Program-made: the position numbers and the translations under genes | Shown here: in pieces, positions 18,181 through 27,493 of the stretch | How positions within the stretch are numbered: position 1 is the stretch's first letter | Layout of the letters: the number at the start of each line of letters is the position of its first letter | Assembly: GCA_018303125.1 (NCBI GenBank) | Contig: JAGVYS010000001.1 | Span: forward strand, 5,886 to 69,885 | Source of the DNA: Candidatus Woesearchaeota archaeon | GTDB lineage: Archaea > Nanobdellota > Nanobdellia > Woesearchaeales > WJIZ01 | Direction: 5' to 3' | Length of the DNA stretch: 64,000 bases | The notes under the pieces: model-generated | What the model was told of the DNA's origin: nothing | Seen by the model: only the letters and a program-made list of their open reading frames with translations | Databases searched by the model: none

Positions 18181-19242
18181 CTAAGCTCTCACCAGTCTCT
18201 GCGCAAGAACAGCATCTGCAAGAACTATGTTGGTCATGTGTTCTATCACAGGAACTGCTCTTGGGCATAAGCAAGGGTCATGTCTCCCTTCCACGCTTAT
18301 CTTGGTAGCCTTGCCCTTATCATCAACTGTGCTCTGCTCCTTTGTTATTGAAGAAGGTGCTTTTATGACTGCCCTGAATATTATGTCCTGTCCTGTTGAT
18401 ATTCCCCCAGATATTCCTCCGGCATTGTTTGTGCGCGTGCTTATCTTCCCGGCCTTTGAATAAAAGGAATCGTTGTTCTCAGAACCTTTAAGGCCTGCTG
18501 CGCCAAATCCGGAGCCGAACTCTATGCCCTTTACTGCGCCTATGGAAAGTATGGCTTTTGCAATATCTGCATCAAGCTTGTCAAATACGGGGTCACCTAG
18601 CCCTTGGGGAGGATTCTTCACTACCACTTCAATTATCCCACCTATAGAATCACCTTCTTTCTTGACAGACTCAATCAGCTTCTCCATCTTCTTTGCAGCT
18701 GTCTTGTCAGGGCACCTTACGCTGTTCTTCTCTATTTCGCCATAATCAATTTTTTCTGCCCTTATGTTTCCTACCTGGAGCGTATACGCTATTACTTTTG
18801 TTCCTGTTATTATCTTCTTTGCCACTGCGCCTGCAGCCACCCTGCAAAGAGTCTCCCTTCCTGATGACCTTCCTCCGCCCCTATAATCCCTCATCCCATA
18901 CTTATTCAGGAATGCATAGTCTGCATGCCCTGGCCTGAAGAGGTGCTTTATTTGCTCATATTTGGAGGAATCAGCATCCTTGTTTCTAACAATAATGCAT
19001 ACTGGCGCTCCTGTTGTCTTTTCTTCGAATATCCCTGAAAGTATCTCTATCTCGTCTTTTTCAGTCCTTGGCGAAGTTACGTTGCTCTGTCCGGGCCTTC
19101 TCCTGTCCATCTCGGACTGAATGTCTTCCTTGGAGACTCTAAGCCCTGCTGGAACACCATCTATGACTGTCCCAAGCGCAACTCCATGCGATTCCCCGAA
19201 GGTTGTTACCCTAAAATGCCTTCCGAATGTGTTTCCCATCAT
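18181..19242 (-). CDS. aroC: Chorismate synthase
   Basis: FGESHG...GGRSSGRET signatures. Confidence 0.92.
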   Translation of the reverse strand: MMGNTFGRHFRVTTFGESHGVALGTVIDGVPAGLRVSKEDIQSEMDRRRPGQSNVTSPRTEKDEIEILSGIFEEKTTGAPVCIIVRNKDADSSKYEQIKHLFRPGHADYAFLNKYGMRDYRGGGRSSGRETLCRVAAGAVAKKIITGTKVIAYTLQVGNIRAEKIDYGEIEKNSVRCPDKTAAKKMEKLIESVKKEGDSIGGIIEVVVKNPPQGLGDPVFDKLDADIAKAILSIGAVKGIEFGSGFGAAGLKGSENNDSFYSKAGKISTRTNNAGGISGGISTGQDIIFRAVIKAPSSITKEQSTVDDKGKATKISVEGRHDPCLCPRAVPVIEHMTNIVLADAVLAQRLVRA

Positions 19243-19757
19243 TTCACCTTCGTGATTATCTCGTCTGCAATGACCTCAACTGAGCGCCCCTTTTGGTCTA
19301 TCTCAACATCGGCCGCATCAGAATAAATTCTGGACCTTTCCTTAAAAAGCTTTTCGAATGAGCCTCTCTTGTCTTTTCCAAAAAATGGTATGTCCTGCCA
19401 CTCAATCCTATTGTAAAGTATATCTGGATCTTCCTTTAGGTATACTATCTGGCCCATTAAGGCAATATTATCCCGATTTTCTGGGTCATCAAGCGCTCCT
19501 CCTCCAATGGAGATTATAGAATTTTTTGAATTCGTTATTTTGCCTATTGCCTCTTTCTCAATTTCCCTGAAATATTCCTTGCCTTGCCTCCTGTAAATCT
19601 CCCTGCAAGTTGCCTTCTCTCCATTTTTTCCTAGGTATATCTCCTCGATTATTGAATCTGTATCTATAAAGTATTTTGATAGCCTTTTTGCAAGAATCCT
19701 GCCCAAAGTTGTTTTTCCTGATGCTTTGAATCCTATCAGTATTATATTATTGCCCAT
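19239..19757 (-). CDS. aroK: Shikimate kinase, bacterial AroK/AroL P-loop type
   Basis: Walker A GFKASGKTT, DTD, ISIGGGA, VYL, and a C-terminus that aligns with E. coli AroK. Confidence 0.85.
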   Translation of the reverse strand: MGNNIILIGFKASGKTTLGRILAKRLSKYFIDTDSIIEEIYLGKNGEKATCREIYRRQGKEYFREIEKEAIGKITNSKNSIISIGGGALDDPENRDNIALMGQIVYLKEDPDILYNRIEWQDIPFFGKDKRGSFEKLFKERSRIYSDAADVEIDQKGRSVEVIADEIITKVK

Positions 19758-21207
19758 AAAGAACCTTCTCTATTACTCCCTCCTGATGCCTTATCCCTGT
19801 CCAAAGTTCAAACTGCATTGCTGCCTGGTAGGCAAACATCCTTGCTCCAGATATTGTAACACATCCATTTTGTTTTGCCATTTTTAGCAGCTTTGTTTCC
19901 ATCGGATTGTATATTGCATCGAATACCGTAATGCCTTTAAGGTGCTTTTTCTCTACTGGGGATTTATTTATGTTTGGATGCATTCCAACAGGTGTTGAAT
20001 TTATCAGTATCTCGACATCATCCCAATTTATCTTTGATAGTGACGTGAATTTGCAATTAAGTTTTTTTGCAAGCCTCCTCGCCTTTTCCTCTGTCCTGCT
20101 AGTTATAGTAATTTTCCCGCCTTTAAGTTTTATCCCGTATCCTATTGCCCTTGCTGCGCCACCTGCGCCAATCAATATTGTGCTCTTCCCCTTTATGCTT
20201 ATTTTATCTTCTATTGCACTAATTGCACCGTATGCATCTGTGTTATACCCTCTCATATTTTCTCCATCAACCAATACGGTATTTACTGCACCTATCTTCA
20301 TTGAATCTTCATGCGTGCTATCTAGATAACTCGTTATCTCTTCCTTATAAGGCATAGTTACACTGAATCCTGAGAGCATGCTCCTAAAACTCTTTACAAA
20401 CTCCCCCAGATTGTCTACATGAAAGTTAAGGTAGACTGCATTAAGATTGTGCTTCTTGAAAAGATAGTTATGCACTATGAATCCTTTGCTCTTTGAGACA
20501 GGATTGCCAACAAGGCCGTATATTTTCAGGTTTTTAATTTTAAGCTTGTCTGCCCTGTAGATTCTTTTAAGCTCCTCGCACGGTATCTGTCCGGGAGAGG
20601 TCTCCTTTCCTGTGGCTACTGAACCAAAAGTTAAGTATGCGCCATACGCAAGGTTCAGTATCCTCGATATCTCCCCCTTCTCTCCCATACACAATGCAAT
20701 TATCCTTACCCCTTCTTTTCTTGCCTTCTTTATTATGTCAAGCATGATAAGGTTGTCTGATATGCTTCTTGCCATACACGCTATCTTTATTATGTCCCCT
20801 CCCAAAGATTTCATTTCCTCATATATGGAATGGATATTTTTAGGCACCCCTGAAAAATTATGGTAGGAGATGATTATTTTTGTCCTTCCTTTTCCGCTCA
20901 GAATTCTGTCAATTGCTTTTTTTCCCGAACTCATCTCTATGTCAACATAATCCGCCCCACGAGCAATGCATTCTTGCAGCAATTCTATCCTATTCTTCTC
21001 CTTCCGGCTGAAAATCCCTCCATCTTTCTTTTTCCTACAGGTGAATATTATGGGCAATCTTTTCTTCGAAGATATCTTGCTTATGCCATTTTCTGGAATT
21101 TTCTTTATGCCGTCAAGCCTTATCTCGGCCAAATCAGCACAGTTTTCATTGGATAAAATCTTGATTATCTCATCTATAGAAGAAGCTACAACTGACCTGC
21201 ATATCAC
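19747..21207 (-). CDS. aroDE: Bifunctional 3-dehydroquinate dehydratase (type I) / shikimate dehydrogenase fusion
   Basis: N-terminal half is the type I DHQase TIM barrel; C-terminal half has SDH signatures (GAGGAARA Rossmann). Confidence 0.85.
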   Translation of the reverse strand: MICRSVVASSIDEIIKILSNENCADLAEIRLDGIKKIPENGISKISSKKRLPIIFTCRKKKDGGIFSRKEKNRIELLQECIARGADYVDIEMSSGKKAIDRILSGKGRTKIIISYHNFSGVPKNIHSIYEEMKSLGGDIIKIACMARSISDNLIMLDIIKKARKEGVRIIALCMGEKGEISRILNLAYGAYLTFGSVATGKETSPGQIPCEELKRIYRADKLKIKNLKIYGLVGNPVSKSKGFIVHNYLFKKHNLNAVYLNFHVDNLGEFVKSFRSMLSGFSVTMPYKEEITSYLDSTHEDSMKIGAVNTVLVDGENMRGYNTDAYGAISAIEDKISIKGKSTILIGAGGAARAIGYGIKLKGGKITITSRTEEKARRLAKKLNCKFTSLSKINWDDVEILINSTPVGMHPNINKSPVEKKHLKGITVFDAIYNPMETKLLKMAKQNGCVTISGARMFAYQAAMQFELWTGIRHQEGVIEKVLYGQ

Positions 21208-22283
21208 ATGAGTTCACCTATTGCTCTCTCGGCTATTTTCGAGCCGACCCTTACTCCAATTCTTGAGTTTCCTATCCCTACTGGAAGTACATATTTTACG
21301 CCATCTGAAGTATTCTTCTTGTCTGCTGATGTATTGAGCAATATCTTCTCTACAGGCTGCTTCTTGTAAGGAAGCAATAGCTTTCGTACTAATGAGGTTA
21401 TCCTAGAATAATCATTTTCTTGGACCATGCCAAGGTTTCTTGCCATCGCTGTCTCTGCCAGAATGCCAAGGGCAACAGCCTGCCCATGCTTGATTGAATA
21501 GCCGGAAGCTGATTCTATTGCATGCCCTATAGTATGCCCGAGATTTAGAACTTTCCTCAATGAAGATTCTTTCTCATCCTTCTCAACTATGCTTTTTTTT
21601 ATTGAGGTGCACCAGTAAACGGCTTTAATCAGCGTTTCTTTATCAAGGGAAATTATTTTTTCAACTGAATTTTCCATGAATATGAAGAATTTTTTGTCCA
21701 GGGCTATTGCATGCTTTACCATTTCAACTGTTCCATTTATCATCTCTTCCTTGGGAAGTGTCTTCAGCATATCCATGTCCATATATACTGCGGAAGGCTG
21801 GTAAAATGTCCCTATCATATTTTTCCCATATGGTATGTTTATCCCTGTCTTGCCGCCTATGCTGCTGTCCACCATTGCAAGAAGCGTTGTTGGGTACTGG
21901 ATGTAAGGGATACCCCTCATGTAAGTAGATGCAACATATCCTGTAATATCTCCTACAACCCCTCCTCCCAATGCTACGATAGCTGAATCCCTCCTGAATT
22001 CGAGCGAAAACAACTCATCCTCTATTGCCTCCTTCGTTTTCCTGTTCTTGCTCTTCTCTCCTGCTTCAAAGCTTATCAGTTCTGCCTTAATGCCTGAGCT
22101 GCGAAGCCTTTCCAGATGCGTGCTTCCATGAAATTTCTTTACTTCAGAATCTGTAATAATTGCAACCTTTGAGAATCCCCTGAGTTTTTCCGAAAGTTTA
22201 TGAATGAGCCCGGTGCCGAGCAGAATTGTATAGCTGTAATCTTTCTGCCTTATCCTTACCTTTAGCTCATTGTTGCGTGGCAT
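21204..22283 (-). CDS. aroB: 3-dehydroquinate synthase
   Basis: [14 protein letters not shown]...GGKTGIN..., HAIE... metal ligands. Confidence 0.9.
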   Translation of the reverse strand: MPRNNELKVRIRQKDYSYTILLGTGLIHKLSEKLRGFSKVAIITDSEVKKFHGSTHLERLRSSGIKAELISFEAGEKSKNRKTKEAIEDELFSLEFRRDSAIVALGGGVVGDITGYVASTYMRGIPYIQYPTTLLAMVDSSIGGKTGINIPYGKNMIGTFYQPSAVYMDMDMLKTLPKEEMINGTVEMVKHAIALDKKFFIFMENSVEKIISLDKETLIKAVYWCTSIKKSIVEKDEKESSLRKVLNLGHTIGHAIESASGYSIKHGQAVALGILAETAMARNLGMVQENDYSRITSLVRKLLLPYKKQPVEKILLNTSADKKNTSDGVKYVLPVGIGNSRIGVRVGSKIAERAIGELM

Positions 22284-22284
22284 A

Positions 22285-23295
22285 TCATAATGTCCTTCCT
22301 ATTGCCCTGGATAAGTCCTTCAACTCATGCATAAGCTTGCCGAAATCCTCTGTGCTTATTGTCTGGTCTGCATCAGAAACTGATTTTTCGGGGTGCGTAT
22401 GTACTTCCAGCAGCAGGCCATCTGCACCTGCGGCAACCGCTGCCTTGGCAATAGGATTCACAAGGCTCCTTCTTCCTGTGCCGTGGCTTGGGTCCGCTAT
22501 TACAGGAAGATGTGTAAGTTCCTTCAAAGCAGGAACAGCTGCTATGTCTATAGTGTTTCTTGTGTAATTCTCAAATGTTCTTATGCCTCTCTCGCAAAGT
22601 ATCACTTCCCTATTGCCGCTGGACATGATGTATTCTGCTGCAAGAAGCAATTCATTATAGGTTGCCCACATTCCTCTTTTTAGCAGCACAGGCTTCATTG
22701 TTTTGCCCACTTCCTTAAGAAGAGGGTAGTTCTGCATGTTTCTCGTGCCTATCTGCAGGATATCAGAATATTTTGAAACAATGCCGACGTACCTTGGGTC
22801 CATTACCTCTGTGACTATTGGCAAGCCGGTAGCTTTCCTTACTTTTGCAAGTATTTTCAGACCTTCTTCTCCAAGGCCCTGGAAGTCGTAAGGCCCTGTC
22901 CTTGGCTTGAATGCTCCTCCCCTTAATATCTTTGCTCCATATTTTTTTACCCTCATTCCTATCTCAAGCATCTGCTCTTCAGATTCCACAGAGCATGGCC
23001 CTGCTATAACGATTATTTCTTTCCCGCCAAATACAACATTGCCGACTCTTACTTTGCTTTGGCTCTTTCCCTCTTTGCTGGCAAGCTTGTAAGGCTTTAG
23101 AACCTCTATGACCTTCTCTACCCCGTCCATGGCTGACAGGGAATCCTTATGCAGAACCCTTTCATTCCCTACTATCGCAATTACAGTACGTTCAGTGCCT
23201 ACTATTGGCACAGGCTTAAGCTTCGATGCCTTGACAGCTTCGATTACTTTGTCAGCCTGTTTGGCTGTTGTGCCTTTCTTCATTATTATTATCAT
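22285..23295 (-). CDS. 3-deoxy-7-phosphoheptulonate (DAHP) synthase, class I-beta, with N-terminal ferredoxin-like regulatory domain
   Basis: Residues ~1-70 ([16 protein letters not shown]...[11 protein letters not shown]) align with the T. maritima DAHPS FL domain; the rest is a KDO8PS/DAHPS I-beta barrel (GPCSVES..., ADPSHG). Confidence 0.85.
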   Translation of the reverse strand: MIIIMKKGTTAKQADKVIEAVKASKLKPVPIVGTERTVIAIVGNERVLHKDSLSAMDGVEKVIEVLKPYKLASKEGKSQSKVRVGNVVFGGKEIIVIAGPCSVESEEQMLEIGMRVKKYGAKILRGGAFKPRTGPYDFQGLGEEGLKILAKVRKATGLPIVTEVMDPRYVGIVSKYSDILQIGTRNMQNYPLLKEVGKTMKPVLLKRGMWATYNELLLAAEYIMSSGNREVILCERGIRTFENYTRNTIDIAAVPALKELTHLPVIADPSHGTGRRSLVNPIAKAAVAAGADGLLLEVHTHPEKSVSDADQTISTEDFGKLMHELKDLSRAIGRTL

Positions 23296-23353
23296 TCTCG
23301 CTCACCCACTGAAGTATTATGCAATAAGATATGCATGAAGAAAAATAAATATG

Positions 23354-24163
23354 CTACTTCTTCGCTATAGGCTTCATTTCATTCCATGCAAGGTCAAATA
23401 GCGTTGACATAGCCGAGGCAAAAAATGGCGTGTTCACCCATATCCCTACGTCATATGTCGGGTGTATGTCTACGTCATTCATAACCATGAAGATTATTTC
23501 TTCCCTGTCAACTATTATAAAGCGTGCATTTACATCTGTGTTCCTGACCTCGGCAACTGAGCCAAGGTCCTTGATGGCCTGCATGCATTCCTTGGTTGCA
23601 GGTACAGCTATTTTTATGTCCACTCCTCTTTTCTTAAGCTTTTCAAGAGTTGGCTTGAAGCCCTCAACTTTTCTTATGAGGCCCTGAGGAGTAGTCATTA
23701 TTATGACCTGTTCCTCTGCTTCCCTAATCGTCAATTCAAGGTGATTGTAGAGATTGTGCCTTCCCCTAATGCTTCCTGACAAATCAGATGGCTCAACTAA
23801 TTCCACTCCTTGCTTATGCAGGGCATTAAGCTCCTGGATAACGTCCGTGCTCTTCAATTCCTCGAGCCTCTTCATCTGCTCCTTTGCGTCCTTCTGTACA
23901 TTCTTCTTTACTCTCTCGAGCACTTCTGCAGGTTCTACGGCTATGTACTTTATCGGCTTCCCGAGCTTCATAATCACGAACCCTTTTTTCTCAAGGCTCT
24001 CGAGAACATCATAACTCCTAGATCTTGGAACATTTGCAATATCAGAAAGTTCACCTGCAGTAGAAACTCCCCTTGAAAGGAGCGCTGCCCATATTTTTAC
24101 CTCATAGAGATTAAGACCAAAGTACCTGCGCAATTTGCTTAAAAATTCATCTTTTACTATCAT
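23354..24163 (-). CDS. TrmB-family transcriptional regulator (paralog 1), at the head of the aromatic operon
   Basis: N-terminal TrmB wHTH (YEVKIWAALLSRGVSTAGELSDIANVPRSRSYDVLESLEKKGF) plus TrmB C-terminal effector-like domain; GAGGGGG Shine-Dalgarno before the ATG. Confidence 0.75.
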   Translation of the reverse strand: MIVKDEFLSKLRRYFGLNLYEVKIWAALLSRGVSTAGELSDIANVPRSRSYDVLESLEKKGFVIMKLGKPIKYIAVEPAEVLERVKKNVQKDAKEQMKRLEELKSTDVIQELNALHKQGVELVEPSDLSGSIRGRHNLYNHLELTIREAEEQVIIMTTPQGLIRKVEGFKPTLEKLKKRGVDIKIAVPATKECMQAIKDLGSVAEVRNTDVNARFIIVDREEIIFMVMNDVDIHPTYDVGIWVNTPFFASAMSTLFDLAWNEMKPIAKK

Positions 24164-24185
24164 TTTACACTACCCCCTCTTTTTT

Positions 24186-24207
24186 AACAGGAAAGCCTTT
24201 TCCTGTT
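24186..24207. promoter_or_regulatory. Perfect inverted repeat AACAGGAAA-N4-TTTCCTGTT in the acs/trmB-1 intergenic region, about 20-40 nt upstream of the trmB-1 ATG
   Basis: Read directly from the sequence; candidate operator or 5'-UTR hairpin. Confidence 0.3.
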
Positions 24208-24372
24208 ATTAAGGGGTAATCTGAATCTACTACTATTAATATATTACTATTTTTCACCATGCGATAGTACGCATAATCTATTCTAAGGATACGCTTTCCC
24301 CACTGAATAGTTTATACATCTTGCTTATATATAAAGATTTATATGTTAAAAAGACGAGAGAATATTAAGCGG

Positions 24373-26346
24373 TTATTTCTCAATCCCTTTTATTATCTCC
24401 TCAACAACAGAAGGGTCTGCCAAGGTTGTTATGTTGCCAACATCTTTCTTGCCCTCTGCCAATAACCTAAGGATTCTCCTCATTATTTTTCCAGATCTAG
24501 TCTTTGGAAGGGCTTCAACGAATTGTATCTTGTCCGGCTTTGCTATAGGGCCTGTCTCTCTTCCCACGTGTGCCCTTAGTGCTTCCTTGAGTGAATTGTC
24601 GCCATTTACTCCCTTCTTCAGTGTCACAAATGCGTAAAGGGCCTGTCCTTTTATTTCATGGGGAAAAGGGACTATTGCGGCCTCTGCAACTGCCTCATGG
24701 CTGACGATTGCACTCTCTACTTCTGCTGTGCCTATTCTGTGCCCTGAAACCTTGATGACATCATCTATCCTTCCCATCAGCCAATAATCTCCCTCTGCAT
24801 CCTTCTTTGCGCCGTCGCCTGTAAAATAAAATCCCCTGAACCTTTTCCAGTAAGCCTCTATGAACTTTTGATGGTCCCCATAGACAGTCCTCATCATTCC
24901 TGGCCATGGCTTCCTTATGCAAAGGTATCCTCCTGTATCTGCCTTTACTTCCTTACCGTCCTCTCCGAGGACAACCGGTTCTATCCCCGGAAACGGTTTT
25001 CCTGCAGAGCCCGGCTTTAAGGTAGATGCTCCCGGAAGAGGAGTTATCAGTATTCCGCCTGTTTCTGTCTGCCACCATGTGTCCACTATAGGGCATCTCC
25101 TGTCTCCGACAACTTCATAGTACCATAACCATGTTTTGGGGTTTATTGGCTCCCCTACTGTGCCAAGCAATCTTAGAGAACCAAGGTTGTGTCTCTTCAC
25201 AGGCTCTTCCCCGAACTTGGCTACAGCCCGGATGGCTGTTGGCGCTGTATAGAAAACTGTGACCTTGAACTTCTCTATTATCTTCCAAAACCTGTCGACA
25301 TCCGGAAAGGTTGGTGTGCCTTCAAACATAAGGATTGTCGCAGCATTGCTCAACGGGCCATATATTATGTAGCTATGGCCTGTAATCCACCCTATGTCAG
25401 CAGTGCACCAGTATACGTCGGTATCATGGTGGTCAAATATCCACCTGAATGTAAGGTTTACATAAGCAAGGTATCCTCCTGTTGTATGAAGGACTCCTTT
25501 TGGCTTGCCTGTTGTTCCTGAAGTATAAAGGATAAACAAGGGGTCTTCAGCATCATTCTCAGCAGGATTGCAGATATCTTTAATACTTCGAGAAGAGACT
25601 TCATCATGCCAATAAGAATCCCTTTTTCCCTTCATCTTTATTTTTTGGGAGGTATGCTTTACAACTATGACATGTTTGATGCAGTTGCATCCCTCCAAGG
25701 CAATATCCGCCATATCCTTGAGTGGCACGTCCTTGCCTGCCCTCCATAAGCCGTCTGAGGTTATAAGCAACTTGCATTTTGAGTCAAGTATCCTGTCTCT
25801 TAAAGCCTCCGAACTGAACCCTGCAAAAACAACGCTGTGTATCGCACCTATTCTTGCACATGCCAGCATTGCAATTGCTGCCTCAGGTATCATAGGAAGG
25901 TAAACGCACACCATATTGCCTTTGCGCACTCCCTTTTTCTTCAGGACATTGGCAAACCTGCATGTTTCTCTGTAAAGCTCACCATATGTTAGCCGCCTTA
26001 CCTGCTCTTCTGATTCTCCTTGCCATATTATGGCTGTCTTATCGGCGTTTTTCTCAAGATGCCTGTCAAGGCAATTACAGGATGCATTTATTTTTCCTCC
26101 ATCAAACCATGAAAAAACTGCCTTTCTTTTGTCCCACTTAAAAGTCCTTTTCCATTTCCTGAACCAGTGAAGCTCACTTGCTTTTTCTTCCCAGAATTTC
26201 TCAGGAGAGGATATAGAACGTTGGTATATAGAATTATACTCCTTCTCGCTCTTTACGTGTGCTCTCTTGCTGAATATTGCAATAGGCCTTATCTTTCTTT
26301 TTCCCTTGCTGAGGGAGCTTATTGCATCATTCATTACAAAAAACAA
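24373..26346 (-). CDS. acs: Acetyl-CoA synthetase (AMP-forming)
   Basis: YTSGTTGKPKGV AMP-binding motif and Acs N-terminus (PEKFWEE); alternative start 26334. Confidence 0.92.
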   Translation of the reverse strand: MFFVMNDAISSLSKGKRKIRPIAIFSKRAHVKSEKEYNSIYQRSISSPEKFWEEKASELHWFRKWKRTFKWDKRKAVFSWFDGGKINASCNCLDRHLEKNADKTAIIWQGESEEQVRRLTYGELYRETCRFANVLKKKGVRKGNMVCVYLPMIPEAAIAMLACARIGAIHSVVFAGFSSEALRDRILDSKCKLLITSDGLWRAGKDVPLKDMADIALEGCNCIKHVIVVKHTSQKIKMKGKRDSYWHDEVSSRSIKDICNPAENDAEDPLFILYTSGTTGKPKGVLHTTGGYLAYVNLTFRWIFDHHDTDVYWCTADIGWITGHSYIIYGPLSNAATILMFEGTPTFPDVDRFWKIIEKFKVTVFYTAPTAIRAVAKFGEEPVKRHNLGSLRLLGTVGEPINPKTWLWYYEVVGDRRCPIVDTWWQTETGGILITPLPGASTLKPGSAGKPFPGIEPVVLGEDGKEVKADTGGYLCIRKPWPGMMRTVYGDHQKFIEAYWKRFRGFYFTGDGAKKDAEGDYWLMGRIDDVIKVSGHRIGTAEVESAIVSHEAVAEAAIVPFPHEIKGQALYAFVTLKKGVNGDNSLKEALRAHVGRETGPIAKPDKIQFVEALPKTRSGKIMRRILRLLAEGKKDVGNITTLADPSVVEEIIKGIEK

Positions 26347-26376
26347 AACTTGGACTAATAAAAGTCTTTTGATTGC

Positions 26377-27426
26377 TTATTTCATCCTGTACCTTAAGAT
26401 GGCTGCTATCCCTCCTATGCCTTCAAGTTTCTTTCCGCCATCATGCTCTGACGATATAATTGCTATTTTTGAATTCTGTGACTCTGAGCGCTTCATTATT
26501 GACTCAACAGCTGCAAAATTATTGTCCTGCCTCTGCTGCCTAATGAATCCGTCTGCAATCAATAGTGTTTCTACTGCCCCACTAATAGATGCCTCTTCAA
26601 CATCCTTAAGTCCATATGCTGCCTTACCGTTCTTGCTTATTTCTGACATGAGTTCTTCCACGCAGCGCATCTCTTTTGTGATGCGCTCTGATGCTAGCGC
26701 CTTCCTCACTTCATCCCTTTTCAGGATTTCATTTATTCCTGTGATGTCAACTGAAGAGCATGTTGCAGGCACTATCTTTCTCTTAAGGGGCCCTTCACCA
26801 ATTGCCTTCATTAGCTCATCTTTCCAAAAGGCAGGGCTGCCTACAACTATGAAACTTGGGTTGAATCTTGAGTCATACTCCTTTATATGCAATACAATCT
26901 CTGAGTAAAAATCTGTATATGTCCCTTCCTCATGCCCCTTTTTCCTCACTTTCCCCTTTATATTGGTCAATACTTCATAGCCATATTTCTTCATTATTGC
27001 GAAATAGGCCTCTTCCCTGTCAAATACTACAATAATGACTGGTGGCGTCTTAGATTCCAGGGAGTCTTCCAGCCTATGCTTCTGGTAACTAAGCCACTCT
27101 TTCTCTATGAATATTTCTGAACCCTGCTCAAGAATGAGAGAATGGTACTGCCCGTGTGGAATATCCTCTGGTGCTTCCTCTATTGTACCAAGGATTTTGA
27201 GTGTTGGTGGGGAAAATTCTGTCTTCTCAACAAGCACCTTTATGAAAGCAGGTTTTTTTACTGTCTTCTGCCTGTCCTCAGCCTCGCCTATTTTTACCTT
27301 TCTGGCTGTCATGCTCCCGAGCTTGTCGCCAGGCGAGATAATCTGGCTCAGGCTCCATAAATCATCCTGGCTTTCAACAATCAGCCTTGCGTTCCCCTTC
27401 CTGTAATCAAGCAAAAGTTTCTTCAT
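26377..27426 (-). CDS. pelA: Pelota/Dom34 mRNA surveillance protein
   Basis: Three-domain eRF1-like architecture; Sm-like N-domain. Confidence 0.8.
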   Translation of the reverse strand: MKKLLLDYRKGNARLIVESQDDLWSLSQIISPGDKLGSMTARKVKIGEAEDRQKTVKKPAFIKVLVEKTEFSPPTLKILGTIEEAPEDIPHGQYHSLILEQGSEIFIEKEWLSYQKHRLEDSLESKTPPVIIVVFDREEAYFAIMKKYGYEVLTNIKGKVRKKGHEEGTYTDFYSEIVLHIKEYDSRFNPSFIVVGSPAFWKDELMKAIGEGPLKRKIVPATCSSVDITGINEILKRDEVRKALASERITKEMRCVEELMSEISKNGKAAYGLKDVEEASISGAVETLLIADGFIRQQRQDNNFAAVESIMKRSESQNSKIAIISSEHDGGKKLEGIGGIAAILRYRMK

Positions 27427-27493
27427 AATGGCACAAAACAGAAAATTTATATATAAAAATATTCATTTTTCAACTCTGGAGAGGTAAACGGCA

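Noticed and set aside
24164-24372. 209-nt AT-rich spacer considered as a replication origin or ncRNA
   Set aside because: Too short, and it lacks repeated ORB-like elements. Only the single inverted repeat, reported separately, stands out.
26267-26908. 213-aa plus-strand ORF inside pelota
   Set aside because: Antisense to a well-supported pelota gene; no recognisable motifs.
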